Assembly: GCA_963827235.1 (NCBI GenBank)
Contig: CAWHAE010000016.1
Coordinates: 480,001-544,000, forward strand
Length of the DNA stretch: 64,000 nt
Direction of reading: 5' to 3'
From: an uncultured bacterium
GTDB taxonomy: Bacteria; Chloroflexota; UBA5177; JANWHV01
Part shown: positions 27,918 through 38,953 of the stretch, piece after piece
Position numbering within the stretch: the first letter of the stretch is position 1
How the letters are laid out: each line of letters begins with the position of its first letter
Made by a program: the position numbers and the translations under genes
The notes under the pieces: model-generated
Database searches by the model: none
What the model was told of the DNA's origin: nothing
The model's input: the letters and a program-made list of their open reading frames with translations, nothing else

Positions 27918-29603
27918 TTGGGAGTCGCCACAGAGAGTCCGCGGCGCGTGCACTATCGGTGCGACGGGCAGCAGCTACTCGAGCTGTTGTCGACGGCGAC
28001 AGCCTGGCTGGTCGCTCATGCCGCTGAGGTCGACGCGCTTAACGTGTATCCGGTGCCCGACGGTGACACCGGATCCAACATGTCGCAGACCATGCGCGCC
28101 GCTCTTGCCGAGGCGGAGACGGTCCGCGAGGCGGAAGCCGGCAAGGTCGCGGCAGGCCTGGCCCATGGCGCTCTGATGGGCGCGCGCGGCAATTCCGGCG
28201 TCATCCTTTCGCAGCTTCTCCGCGGATTCGCCCGTGCCCTGGACGGCAAGCGCACATTTAGTCCCTCCGACGTGGCGGCGGCCCTGCAGGAGGGAAGCGC
28301 GACAGCATACCGAGCGGTCGTGAAACCCGTCGAAGGTACGGTACTCACTGTATCGCGCGTGACGGCCGAGCATGCCCTTCAAGCTGCGGCGGATAAGCAG
28401 GACTTCCAGCACGTGGTGGGATCCGCGGTCAGCGCGGCCCGCATCGCGGTCAAGGAAACGCGGAATCAGCTCCCCGCGTTGGAGCAGGCGGGAGTAGTCG
28501 ACGCCGGAGGACAAGGGTACCTTCTGCTACTCGAGGGCGCCCTTCGTCACCTTCAGGGCCACCAGGATCAGCTGGCAGCGCCGCGCCCGGACGGGGCGGC
28601 CGCGGCGCGCGCCTCGGTGCCAGGGCACGCCAGCTTGCGCCATCACGACTCGGCGTACGGCTACTGTACGGAGTTCGTGGTGCTCGGCAACGGGCTGTCC
28701 GAATGGAGCGTGCGAGGAGATCTCGAACCCTTGGGCGACTCGCTGCTCGTCGTCGGGGATGGCACGCTCTTGCGGGTACACGTGCACACCGACGATCCGG
28801 GACGCGCCCTCAGCGCCGGCGCTCGGCGAGGTCGCCTTCGGCAGGTGAAAGTGCAGGATATGCAGGCGCAGCACGACGAGTTCGCGCACGAGGTCGCCGC
28901 GCTACCCGCCGCTCCTCCCAGTCCTCCGGCTACGCCGGAAAGCGTTGCTCTGCCGGTCGGTATCGTTGCAGTGGCCAGTGGTGATGGCTTCAAGGCGGTG
29001 TTCGAGAGCCTGGGTGCCGTGGTCGTTCTCGGCGGCCAGACGATGAACCCAAGCACCCAGCAGATTCTGGAGGGGGTCGGTCGATGTCCCCAGGACACGG
29101 CGATCATTCTTCCCAACAACGCCAATGTGGTGAGCACTGCACGTCAAGCGGCGAGCCTATCCGCCAAGCGCGTGGAGGTGATTCCGACGCACAGCATGCC
29201 GCAGGGCATCGCAGCACTGTTCGGCATGCAGTTCGACGAGAGCGTTGATCAGATGCTCGACTCCATGCGCGCCGCAGCCATATCGATCCGCACCATCGAG
29301 ATTACGCGCGCCGTACGGGACGCGGAGCTCGACGGACTGCAGGTGCGCAAGGGGGAGATCCTGGGCATCCTCGACGGCAAGCTCGCCGTGGCCGGCAATG
29401 ATGTCGAGTCGGTCGTTACCGACATGCTGGAGAGCCAATCGGTCGGGCGAGGCAGCGTGGTGACACTCTATTCCGGAGAAGACGCCTCAGAAGATGCAGT
29501 ACATCAGCTTCACGAGACGCTTGTGCGACGCTACCCCGGGATCACTATCGAGTGCGCGGCCGGCGGCCAACCGCATTACCAGTTCATCGTGTCGATCGAA
29601 TGA
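27918..29603 (+). CDS. fakA: DAK2-domain fatty acid kinase catalytic subunit
   Basis: LNVYPVPDGDTGSNM, GARGNSGVILSQ, YGYCTEF, GGQTMNPST. Confidence 0.92.
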   Translation: MGVATESPRRVHYRCDGQQLLELLSTATAWLVAHAAEVDALNVYPVPDGDTGSNMSQTMRAALAEAETVREAEAGKVAAGLAHGALMGARGNSGVILSQLLRGFARALDGKRTFSPSDVAAALQEGSATAYRAVVKPVEGTVLTVSRVTAEHALQAAADKQDFQHVVGSAVSAARIAVKETRNQLPALEQAGVVDAGGQGYLLLLEGALRHLQGHQDQLAAPRPDGAAAARASVPGHASLRHHDSAYGYCTEFVVLGNGLSEWSVRGDLEPLGDSLLVVGDGTLLRVHVHTDDPGRALSAGARRGRLRQVKVQDMQAQHDEFAHEVAALPAAPPSPPATPESVALPVGIVAVASGDGFKAVFESLGAVVVLGGQTMNPSTQQILEGVGRCPQDTAIILPNNANVVSTARQAASLSAKRVEVIPTHSMPQGIAALFGMQFDESVDQMLDSMRAAAISIRTIEITRAVRDAELDGLQVRKGEILGILDGKLAVAGNDVESVVTDMLESQSVGRGSVVTLYSGEDASEDAVHQLHETLVRRYPGITIECAAGGQPHYQFIVSIE

Positions 29604-30460
29604 GCAACGGAGCACGCACGTCGCAGCGCGTACGCGTGGTGACGGACAGCGCGGCCGACATTAACCCGGACGTCGTCCAGGCGCTCGGCATCGTGGTGGT
29701 GCCGTTCACCATTCATTTCGGTGACTCCGTGTTCGTGGACGGCGTGGACATGGACGCTGCGCAGTTCTATCGCGTGCTGCGCGAGAACCCGCACTTTCCG
29801 CGCACCTCACAGCCGTCCGTGGGCATCTTCGAAGACGCGTTCAGAACGGCGCAAGACCAGGGGCAAGAGATCGTATCGATACACATCTCCGCTCGCCTCA
29901 GCGGTGCCTATAGCGGCGCAGCGACCGCGGCGCGGAACGTGCCGCAGGCAACTGTTCACCTGATCGACTCGCGGCTGGCGGCGATGGCCCAGGGCTTGCT
30001 CGTGATCGCGGCCGCCAAGATGGCGGCCGCCGGCGAGAGCGCCGAGAGCATCGTCGCCGCGGTCGAGTCGCTTCGCGATAGAACACAGATCGCTATCATG
30101 GTCGACAGCCTCACCTACCTGCATCGAGGAGGGCGAATCGGGCGCGCGCAGAGCATGCTCGGCAGCATGCTCAGCATCAAGCCGATCCTGGGCCTCGAGG
30201 ACGGCGTCATCATGCCCAGGCAGCGGGCCCGCAGCGCGCTACGGGCCGTGCAGGCAATATACGGGCTGGCCCGCTCGCTTGATCCGCTACAGGAGGTGCT
30301 GGTGCTGCACTCGAATGCACCCGACCTGGTCGATGAGCTGTGCCGAATGCTGAGACCAGTTTACGACGTGCCTCCTGCCGGTATGTTGGGACCCGTCGTG
30401 GGTACTCACGTTGGCGAGGGCTGCGTCGCCATGGCAATGGTCCAAAGCCAGAAACATTGA
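29600..30460 (+). CDS. fakB: DegV family fatty-acid-binding protein
   Basis: VVTDS, TSQPS, LHRGGRIG, GTHVG. Confidence 0.9.
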   Translation: MSNGARTSQRVRVVTDSAADINPDVVQALGIVVVPFTIHFGDSVFVDGVDMDAAQFYRVLRENPHFPRTSQPSVGIFEDAFRTAQDQGQEIVSIHISARLSGAYSGAATAARNVPQATVHLIDSRLAAMAQGLLVIAAAKMAAAGESAESIVAAVESLRDRTQIAIMVDSLTYLHRGGRIGRAQSMLGSMLSIKPILGLEDGVIMPRQRARSALRAVQAIYGLARSLDPLQEVLVLHSNAPDLVDELCRMLRPVYDVPPAGMLGPVVGTHVGEGCVAMAMVQSQKH

Positions 30461-30481
30461 CCCAACACGGGAGACCGGTTC

Positions 30482-31246
30482 ATGCTCAAAGTCACCATAC
30501 TGGGGAGCGGGACGAGCCATGGCGTTCCCATGATCGGCTGCCATTGCGAAGTCTGCACCTCGTCGGATCCACGCGACAAGCGGATGCGCCCTTCAGTCAT
30601 GCTGGACCTCGACGGACACAACGTATTGATCGACGTTGCACCGGAGCTCCGCTTGCAGATGATCGCAGCCGGAATCGACGTCGCCGAAGTCGTGCTGCTC
30701 ACACATGGCCATGCGGACCACCTGCACGGAATAGACGACGTGCGGAGGTTTAACGAGCAGCTCGGCCGCGCGGTGCCCGTGTACGGCTCGCCTGCCCTGT
30801 TGGCAGACCTGCGGACCAGGTTCGCCTACATCTTTGCGCACAATATGCAGGGAGGCGGCATCCCGTCATTGGAGCTGCGGCCGATCAAGGGGCCGTTCAG
30901 CTATGCTGGACGCACAATCATCCCGGTGCCGGTGTGGCATGGGGAGACACCCGTCACGGCATACCGGATTGGAGGCCTCGCGTACGTGACCGACGCGAAC
31001 TGTATCCCCCAGGCCTCGTGGAGCCTGCTTGAAAACCTTGACGTCCTCATCCTGGATGCCTTACGACGCGAGCCGCACCCGACGCACTTCAATTTCGAGC
31101 AGGCGCTGGAAGTCGTGGAGAGGCTGCGACCCAAGCTGACCTACTTCACGCACCTCACGCACACCACCCTGCATGCCGCCGTGGAAGCCGAGCTGCCGCC
31201 GCACGTGCGCCTGGCGTACGACGGCCTCACGCTGGAGCTGCGCTGA
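30482..31246 (+). CDS. MBL-fold metallohydrolase (PhnP-like)
   Basis: LGSGTSHGVPMIGCHCEVC, THGHADH. Confidence 0.9.
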   Translation: MLKVTILGSGTSHGVPMIGCHCEVCTSSDPRDKRMRPSVMLDLDGHNVLIDVAPELRLQMIAAGIDVAEVVLLTHGHADHLHGIDDVRRFNEQLGRAVPVYGSPALLADLRTRFAYIFAHNMQGGGIPSLELRPIKGPFSYAGRTIIPVPVWHGETPVTAYRIGGLAYVTDANCIPQASWSLLENLDVLILDALRREPHPTHFNFEQALEVVERLRPKLTYFTHLTHTTLHAAVEAELPPHVRLAYDGLTLELR

Positions 31247-31746
31247 TGCCCGTCACGCACCTGGACGACGAAGGCCGGGCCCGAATGGTCGACGTCTCTG
31301 CCAAGCCGATCTCGCTACGCGAGGCCACCGCGCGGGCCACCGTGAAGCTCGGGCTTGTAGCCGCCAAGGCGGTGCGCGAAGGCGCCGTCACCAAGGGAGA
31401 CGTCCTGGCCGTGGCTCAGGTGGCCGGCGTAATGGGAGCGAAGGCCACGCCTGCCCTCATTCCCTTGTGCCACCCGTTGCCGCTGTCCGGCGTAACACTG
31501 GCCTTTTCCTGGGCCGGTGACGACCTTCACATCGAGGCGACGGTGCGGACCACCGGCCAAACCGGCGTGGAGATGGAGGCGCTCACGGCAGTCTCCGTCG
31601 CCGCACTGACCGTCTACGACATGGTCAAGGCGATAGAGCGCGGCGTGAGCATCAACGGCATTTCCTTGCTGCGCAAGAGCGGAGGGCAGAGTGGTGAATG
31701 GCAGGCCGAAGACACCGACGACTCAGCCATCGTGCCGCCGTCCTGA
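31246..31746 (+). CDS. moaC: Cyclic pyranopterin monophosphate synthase
   Basis: MVDVSAK, LIPLCHP, TGVEMEAL, YDMVKA, KSGG. Confidence 0.96.
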   Translation: MPVTHLDDEGRARMVDVSAKPISLREATARATVKLGLVAAKAVREGAVTKGDVLAVAQVAGVMGAKATPALIPLCHPLPLSGVTLAFSWAGDDLHIEATVRTTGQTGVEMEALTAVSVAALTVYDMVKAIERGVSINGISLLRKSGGQSGEWQAEDTDDSAIVPPS

Positions 31747-31755
31747 GCAACAGGA

Positions 31756-32049
31756 CTACAACTCGTCGACCGTCTTTTCCAAGCGCTTGAGGCCGTCCTT
31801 CAACACGGTTTTCAGCTCCTTGAGCGCCTGCTCCGCGATATTGTCCAGCACGCCCTCGATCACGCTCTTGCTTCGTTCGGCAACCTCTACGCCGGCCTTC
31901 GCCGCGCCTTCAGCCACGGTACCGGGGGCAGCCGCCAGCTCAGCCTGCACGTTCTTGAGCTTACCGGCGCGACTCCGGCGATACACGATGAGCGCGGCTA
32001 CGAGTCCCCCGAATAACGCCAGCCTGGGCAATAAATCTTCGGTATCCAT
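31756..32049 (-). CDS. Small membrane-anchored helical protein
   Basis: One N-terminal TM, amphipathic C-terminus, GGAG SD. Confidence 0.7.
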   Translation of the reverse strand: MDTEDLLPRLALFGGLVAALIVYRRSRAGKLKNVQAELAAAPGTVAEGAAKAGVEVAERSKSVIEGVLDNIAEQALKELKTVLKDGLKRLEKTVDEL

Positions 32050-32188
32050 CGCGCTAACTCCCTATTCTCGTCACACCCGGCAGTTCGCGGCGCCACATTT
32101 GCGCAACTCAAAGACGGCCTGATACTCAGCCACGAGTCCAGTGTAGCATGGCCTTTCCTACACAACCGTGAGAAGGAGCACCGATTCC

Positions 32189-32746
32189 ATGGAAGCATAT
32201 GCCCAGCGGGAGCGTCTCAACGCACTCATACGCGAGCGTGCCCTGCGCTTCGGAGATTTCGTCCTGCGTTCGGGTGCGCATAGCTCGTTCTACCTCGACT
32301 GCCGGCAGGTGACGCTCGACGCCGAAGGCGCCTACCTGGTGGCGTCGCTGATGCTTGCCAAGATGGAGGAGCTAGACGTGCAGGCCGCGGGCGGACCCGC
32401 ACTCGGTGCCGTGCCCATTGTGGGTGCGGTGTGCGCGCTTGCCCACGCCCGCGGGCGTTCCCTCTCAGGCTTCTTCGTCCGTAAGGAGGCCAAGGATCAC
32501 GGCATGGGAAATCTCGTCGAGGGCCCAGTAAGGCCTGGCGACCGGGTGGTCATGGTTGAAGACACGGTCACCACGGGCGGAGAGATGCTGCGTGCCATGG
32601 AGGCCATGCAGGAGAAAGGATGCGAAATCGCCCTCGCTCTCTGGATCGTCGACCGCGGCGCCGGTGCGCTGCAGTCTGTCCGCGATCGAGGCGTTCCTGC
32701 CGAGGCCCTCTTCACGCTTGAAGACCTCGGCATAGGGCCCGAATAG
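32189..32746 (+). CDS. pyrE: Orotate phosphoribosyltransferase
   Basis: FVLRSG, VRKEAKDHG, VEDTVTTG PRPP motif. Confidence 0.95.
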   Translation: MEAYAQRERLNALIRERALRFGDFVLRSGAHSSFYLDCRQVTLDAEGAYLVASLMLAKMEELDVQAAGGPALGAVPIVGAVCALAHARGRSLSGFFVRKEAKDHGMGNLVEGPVRPGDRVVMVEDTVTTGGEMLRAMEAMQEKGCEIALALWIVDRGAGALQSVRDRGVPAEALFTLEDLGIGPE

Positions 32747-32897
32747 GGCGACGGCAGACCGGTAGGGCCCAGGGACATAGAGCCGCATAGCTCGTCGCCG
32801 CCTTACCCCGAAGGTTGGCCAGGAATCGCGCTCAGCATCAGCGCCAAGCATCCGTCACCACGCGGTCACGCGGTTGCTACGAATCCGGGTTTACAGG

Positions 32898-33695
32898 CTA
32901 CTGGGCGATACCCCAGGAACGCAGGTTGTTCAGACTGATCTTTACGCTCTCCAGGGCAGGACGCCGGCAGGCATCCTGCTCCACGACGTAGTACTCCACG
33001 CCGGCCTCCTGGGCGGCGGCGAAGACGGGCGCGAAGTCGATGCGCCCCTCGCCCACTTCCGCGAAGGTACGCGAGTCGTCCTTGACCATATCCTTGAGGT
33101 GTACGAGGGCGCAGCGAGGGCCGAGGTGCCGTAGAATCTCGGCGGGATCGATGCCGGCATAGTAGGCCCAGTACATGTCGAGCTCGGACCGCACCGCCTT
33201 GGCATCGGTACCCTCGAACAGCACGTCGAGCGCCAGTCGACCGTCTAGGCGCACGAACTCGAAGTCGTGGTTGTGGTAGGCGAAGCCGATCCCGCGCTCC
33301 CGGCAGCGCCGACCGAGAGCGGAGAGCTCGGCGGCGAGTCGGCGGTAGGCATCTGCGTCACCTCGCTCGGCCTCAGGCAGCCACGGGCATATGATATAGT
33401 GACATCCCAGTGCGAGCGCGTCGTCGATCGCGCCCTCCAGCGACTCGCGCAAGATTCTCAGGCCCACGTGACTCGACACCGCGCTCACGCCCAGATCGTC
33501 CAGCAGCGACCGCAGATTGGTTGCCCCCATCCCGCCGTATCCTGCAAGCTCGACCGCCTCATAGCCGATCGCCGCGACCTCCTGCAGGGTACCGGCGAAG
33601 TCCCGGGCCGATTCCTCGCGCACGCTGTACAGTTGCAGGGCTACCGGAATCTGCCCACTCTTTCCAGCCATCTTCTTAACCGTTCCCGTATTCAC
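32898..33695 (-). CDS. Sugar phosphate isomerase/epimerase (TIM barrel)
   Basis: LQLYSVR, YHNHDFEF, HLKD, VEQD. Confidence 0.9.
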   Translation of the reverse strand: MNTGTVKKMAGKSGQIPVALQLYSVREESARDFAGTLQEVAAIGYEAVELAGYGGMGATNLRSLLDDLGVSAVSSHVGLRILRESLEGAIDDALALGCHYIICPWLPEAERGDADAYRRLAAELSALGRRCRERGIGFAYHNHDFEFVRLDGRLALDVLFEGTDAKAVRSELDMYWAYYAGIDPAEILRHLGPRCALVHLKDMVKDDSRTFAEVGEGRIDFAPVFAAAQEAGVEYYVVEQDACRRPALESVKISLNNLRSWGIAQ

Positions 33696-33740
33696 AATCC
33701 GTTCAGCCGGAAGTCAACGTTGAGCATCCGGTCGCGTCGT

Positions 33741-34505
33741 CTAGTGTACGTCACAGAGCTCGAATGCCTCCTTGAGGGCCGCGACCGGATCGCCGGTGGG
33801 CACGAGCTCCTGCCCGACATAGCCCTCGAAGCCGGTGGCCGCTACGGCTCGCATGATGGCAGGATAATAGAGCTCCTGCGTGGCACCGATCTCGTTCCTG
33901 CCCGGGTTGCCGGCTGTGTGGTAGTGGGCGAAGTACGGCGCGTAGGTCTGAATTGTCCGGATGACATCGCCCTCCATGATCTGCATGTGGTAGATGTCGT
34001 AGAGCAACTTGACGCGCGGCGAGCCGACCATGCGACAGACCTGCACTCCCCAGGATGTGTGGTCGCCCTGGTAGTCAGGGTGATCGACTTTGCTGTTGAG
34101 AAGCTCGAGCACGAGATTGACACCTGCGTCTTCGGCGGCGCGCACCACGCGGCGCAAGCCCTCGGCCGTGATCTCGGCGCCACTGTCGTCGTCCTGGCCG
34201 CCGCGATTGCCGCTGAATACGATCAGGTTGGCGATGTGCCACTTCCTGGCAAGCTCGAGATTGGCAAGAATATCCCGCTCGATGCGGTCGTGATTCTCCC
34301 GCCTGTTGAGGCCGTCGGTGATGGACTGCTGCCCGTTCACGGCGGCAATAGTCAGGCCGTGATCAGAAATCAGCGGCCAGTGCTCCTGCCCTGCCAGGTC
34401 GAAGGCGACGTAGCCGATTTCGACTGCCGCGTTCACTAGCCGCTCGGGCGAGATGCCGCTGCGGTCGAAGCACCACCATGAGATTGACTGCTTCAGCGAC
34501 GCCAT
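33741..34505 (-). CDS. Hydroxypyruvate isomerase family protein
   Basis: [29 protein letters not shown]. Confidence 0.9.
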   Translation of the reverse strand: MASLKQSISWWCFDRSGISPERLVNAAVEIGYVAFDLAGQEHWPLISDHGLTIAAVNGQQSITDGLNRRENHDRIERDILANLELARKWHIANLIVFSGNRGGQDDDSGAEITAEGLRRVVRAAEDAGVNLVLELLNSKVDHPDYQGDHTSWGVQVCRMVGSPRVKLLYDIYHMQIMEGDVIRTIQTYAPYFAHYHTAGNPGRNEIGATQELYYPAIMRAVAATGFEGYVGQELVPTGDPVAALKEAFELCDVH

Positions 34506-34512
34506 ATTCCGT

Positions 34513-34995
34513 CTACCCTTTCCTTGCGTCCGTTCGTCCAGAGCCGCGGTCACACACGTAACCCTTCACGCCGCCCGCGACGGGGCCCGACACCAAGCCC
34601 CGCTGTACGAACATGAACATCAGAGCGATAGGCAGCGATGCCATCACGCCGCCCGACGTGATCAGCGGAAGGGCCATCAGATGCGCGCCCCAGGCAGTCA
34701 TGAAGGTGAAGGCTCCGCCGGTGATGATACCCGGCAGGATCACATGCCGGAGCACCGTGACCAGACTACCTCCGTCGACCGGCACCGATTCGTCAAGCCT
34801 GCACGGAGTGGCAGACAGGAACCCGCGAAGAAGCCGGACGCCCAGGGGATGTCGCTGACGATGTAGACGCCGGCCAGCCCGATCAGGTTGTCGGTCAGGC
34901 TGGCGTGGCGCAGAAGGACGACTACTTGGATCACCACTACGATGCCGGGCACGAGCTGACCCAGGAGGATCGCCGTGGCCAGCGTGCCTAGTCCA
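34513..34995 (-). pseudogene. Decayed carbohydrate ABC permease (MalG-like)
   Basis: Fragments GQLVPGIVVV, VDGGS..VLRHVILPG, LPIALMFMFVQRGLVSG..GGVKG in two frames with deletions. Confidence 0.7.
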
Positions 34996-35146
34996 CGTGA
35001 GCAGTAGCGCGAGACTGCGCAGCGTTGCCCATCACTGCCCCGGGCTCTTGCGACCTCGAACGTCGCGGCCCGACCCAGGTCGCGAGGGCGCCGGCCCACC
35101 TCCCGGGCTGCCGGAGCCGAGCCGCTCGGCCCAAAACGGCCGCGAA

Positions 35147-35175
35147 TTGCCGTGCACTTTGGGCATAGGTACACT
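35147..35175 (+). promoter_or_regulatory. Sigma70-type promoter of the AAA/VWA operon
   Basis: TTGCCG-17bp-TACACT. Confidence 0.45.
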
Positions 35176-35326
35176 TTACTCATACCAACCTGTCCAGGAG
35201 TGGATGGGCCTTCATTCGTTTTGCGGGCGACGGGGTGTCCTCGGGGCATCGGGTGCCGCGTAAGCGACGCCGTCGCAGGGTGCGTGTCCTACACGGCTCC
35301 CGCATCAGTCCTTCCAGGAGCAGAAG

Positions 35327-36721
35327 ATGAGCCAGCCCCGCACCATCGGCGAACTGCGCGCCAGCGGATACACGCCCAAGACAATCAAGCAGGAAATGCG
35401 CCACAACCTGGTCGCCAAGATGAAGGCCGGCGACGAGCTCTTCCCGGGAGTGATCGGTTACGACGCCACGGTCATCCCTCAGGTGGAAAACGCCATTCTG
35501 TCGGGCCAGGATATCGTGCTGCTGGGCGAGCGCGGTCAAGCCAAGACACGCATAGCGCGCAGCCTGATCAATCTGCTCGACGACAGCATTCCCGCCGTCG
35601 GTGGGTGTGAGATCAACGACAATCCGTTCGAGCCGGTCTGCGCAGCCTGCCGGCAGCGCGTAGCCGAGCTCGGCGACGATGTGCCGATCACCTGGCTCAC
35701 GCGTGAGGCGCGGTACGGTGAGAAGCTTGCCACACCGGATATCACAATCGCCGATCTGATTGGGGAAATCGACCCGATCAAGGTTGCCGAGGGTCGCTAC
35801 CTGTCCGACGAGATGACGATCGCCTACGGCCTCGTGCCGCGCACCAATCGGGGCATCTTCTGCATAAACGAGCTGCCCGACCTGGCCGAGCGTATACAGG
35901 TGGGCTTGCTCAACATCATGGAGGAGCGCGACGTCCAGATCCGCGGCTACAAAGTCAGGCTGCCTCTGGACGTGTATGTTGTGGCGAGCGCCAATCCCGA
36001 GGACTACACAAACCGGGGACGCATCATTACGCCGCTCAAGGATCGCATCGGCTCTGAGATCCGGACCCACTATCCGCGCACGATCGAGCACGAGATCGCG
36101 ATCATGGAGCAGGAAGCATCGCCGTCCTTCGCCGAGGAAATCGACGCCGTGTTCCCGCGCTACATGAAGGAGATCATCGCCGAGATCACGCACTTGGCGC
36201 GCAAGCACAGCGAGATCTCGAAGCGCTCCGGGGTGAGCGTGCGGGTCTCCATCTGTAACTATGAGAACGTGCTGAGCAATGCCATTCGGCGCGCCATACG
36301 CCTTGGTGAGCGCCAGGCAGCGCCGCGAATCAGCGACCTGCCGGCGATTGTCGCCTCCACGGCGGGTAAGATCGAGCTCGAGACGGTAGGCGAAGCCAAC
36401 GAGGAGCGGCTGATCGAGCGCATCATCCAGGGCGCCATCGTCAACGTGTTCAATCGCTATTTCCTGATGCAGGAATTCGACGAGTTGCTGGCGAATTTTG
36501 AGCGTGGCTTCGGCGTGGACACCAGCGACGGCATGCCGGCCATGCAGTACGTGCAACAGGTATCTGAAGTGCGCGGACTGCGGTCAGCCGTCAGCAAGCT
36601 CAACGCGCAGGGGACTCCGGCCAGCGCGGCTTCGGCTGTGGAGTTCGTGCTCGAGGGCATCCACCTCAATCGTAAGCTGAACAAGGACCGCAAGCCCGGC
36701 GGGATTCGCTATCGCAAGTGA
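35327..36721 (+). CDS. AAA+ ATPase, Mg-chelatase/MoxR-related
   Basis: GERGQAKT Walker A, INELPDL, ASANPEDYTNRGRII. Confidence 0.9.
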   Translation: MSQPRTIGELRASGYTPKTIKQEMRHNLVAKMKAGDELFPGVIGYDATVIPQVENAILSGQDIVLLGERGQAKTRIARSLINLLDDSIPAVGGCEINDNPFEPVCAACRQRVAELGDDVPITWLTREARYGEKLATPDITIADLIGEIDPIKVAEGRYLSDEMTIAYGLVPRTNRGIFCINELPDLAERIQVGLLNIMEERDVQIRGYKVRLPLDVYVVASANPEDYTNRGRIITPLKDRIGSEIRTHYPRTIEHEIAIMEQEASPSFAEEIDAVFPRYMKEIIAEITHLARKHSEISKRSGVSVRVSICNYENVLSNAIRRAIRLGERQAAPRISDLPAIVASTAGKIELETVGEANEERLIERIIQGAIVNVFNRYFLMQEFDELLANFERGFGVDTSDGMPAMQYVQQVSEVRGLRSAVSKLNAQGTPASAASAVEFVLEGIHLNRKLNKDRKPGGIRYRK

Positions 36722-36805
36722 CCGCTGCCGGCCGGCACGAAAGACAACTTCGAAGAGGCAGTGCTCGGTGCCTCCAATCCACAGGCTAGCAAACACGAGG
36801 GTGCC

Positions 36806-38842
36806 ATGAACGTGGACGGCAGCTATCGCTACTCAGAGTGGGACAACAGTCAGCAGATCGATCCTTTCGACGCAAACGAGCTGATGAACGCCCTATCGGA
36901 CGAGCTGCTGGAGGACGGAGACATGCAGCGGGCGCTGCAGCGCCTCTACCGTCTCGGCGACGAGGGGCGGCTCGGCGACCGCCTGGATGGCATGAAGCAT
37001 CTGATCGATCGCCTGCGCCAGCAACGCCAGGCCACGTTGAACCGCCACAATCTCAGCTCGATCATGGACGACCTCAAGGCCAAGCTAGAGGACATCGTCG
37101 ACACGGAGCGGCGCGGCATCGACCGCCGTATCGAGGAGAGTAAGGAACTGCCGCCCGCCGGCAGCGAGCAAACCACCGCGACGGACAACGAGGCTCTGCG
37201 CCAGATGCTGGAGAGCATGGCCAAGAAGAAGCGCGATTACCTCGACGCTATGCCGGACAGCGTGCCGCAGCGCTTCCAGGCACTCTCGCAGTATGACTTC
37301 ATGGACGCGGAGGCACGCGACAAATTCAACGCGCTTCGCCAGCAGCTCCAGCAGCAGGTAATGCAGTCGTACTTCCAGGGCATGCAGCAGGCAATCCAGA
37401 GCATTACGCCTGAAGAACTCCAGCGGACGCGCCAGATGGTACAGGACCTGAACCAGATGCTGGAGGACCGCCTGCAGGGACGAGAGCCGAAGTTCGACGA
37501 ATTCATGGAAAAGTACGGTGACATGTTCCCAGGCGTCAACAACCTGGACGAGCTATTGGAGCAGATGCAGCAGCGCATGGCCGCCATGCAGGCTCTGATG
37601 GACAGCATGTCTCCCGAGATGCGCGATCAGCTGCAGCAGATGATGGACAACCTGATCGGCGACGATCGCTTGCGCGCCGATCTGGCCCGACTCGCTCTCA
37701 ACCTGCAGCAGATGTTCCCAAATCAGCAGCCACGGCGTGGATACTCCTTCCGCGGAGACGAGCCGCTCTCCATGGTCGAGGCCATGGCCATGATGGAACG
37801 CCTCCAGGCCATGGACGAGCTCGAGGCCCAGATGCGAGCTGCCCAGAGCGGGACCGGTATCGAGGATATCGACGCCGCCACAGTCCGCGATGTGCTCGGG
37901 CGCGGACGAGGCGCGGCAGCTCGAGCAGCTACAGCAGCTCACCAAGATGCTCGAAGAAGCGGGCTTCGTCAAGAAGACCAGTCAGGGATACGAGCTCACT
38001 GCCCAGGGAATCCGCAAGATCGGACAGAAGGCGCTTCGCGACGTGTTCGGCCACCTCAAGCGCGACAGCTTCGGCAACCACGCGACACCGTTCCGCGGTG
38101 GGCGGCGGCGAGCAGATCGACGAGACCAAGCGCTACGTGTTCGGCGATCCGTTCTTGCTGGACATCCAGAAGACCACCATGAACGCCGTACAGCGGCAGG
38201 GACGCGGCACGCCGGTCCGGCTGGCTCCGGAAGACTTTGAGGTCTATCGCACTGAGCTTCTCACACAGTCCGCCACCGTGCTGATGCTGGACATGAGCCG
38301 ATCGATGTTCCTGAACGGATGCTTCTCCGCTGCCAAGAAAGTGGCAATCGCCCTGCACAGCCTGATCAAGGGCCAGTACCCGCGCGACTCACTGCAGATT
38401 ATCGGCTTCTCGTACCTGGCGCATCCCATCAAGCCGGAGGATCTGCCCGGCATCAACTGGGACGACCACAACTACGGCACAAATCTCCAGCACGCGCTCA
38501 TTCTGGGCCGGCAGTATCTATGGTCGCAGCAAGGCGCGTAACCGCCAGATCATCGTGATCACGGACGGCGAGCCCACCACCCATCTCGAGGGCGGGCATC
38601 CCATGTTCAACTACCCGCCCACCTATCGCACTATCCAGGAGACGCTGCGCGAGGTCGTGCGCTGCACTCGCGACCAGATCGTGATCAATACCTTCATGCT
38701 GGAAAGCGGCTACTATCTGACCGACTTCGTCGGTCAGATGACCAAGCTCAACAAGGGCCGCGCCTTCTTCGCCACGCCGGAAAACCTCGGCGAGTACATC
38801 CTTGTCGACTACGTAGCCAACAAGCAGAAGAAAGTCAGCTGA
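36806..38842 (+). CDS. VWA-domain protein with Q/M-rich helical N-terminus (frameshifts near 37899, 38098, 38521)
   Basis: MIDAS DMSRSM, TNLQHAL, ITDGEPT across four ORF pieces. Confidence 0.85.
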
Positions 38843-38953
38843 TCCGGCGCCGCCTGCCTGCCATGACCGCCAACCGCTCCCTGCGCTGGCGCCGTACGCC
38901 TTGCGGCCACGACTCCTGCAGAGAGCGGTCGAGTAGTCCGGAGCTCAGTACGG

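Noticed and set aside
35180-36556. Long antisense or alternate-frame ORFs (also 17418-18587, 33267-34439, 5181-6200)
   Set aside because: Shadows of GC3-rich real genes, with no family motifs
36806-38842. Programmed frameshifting or a split VWA gene
   Set aside because: No slippery heptamers; same indel pattern as in cysK and pyrD, consistent with read error
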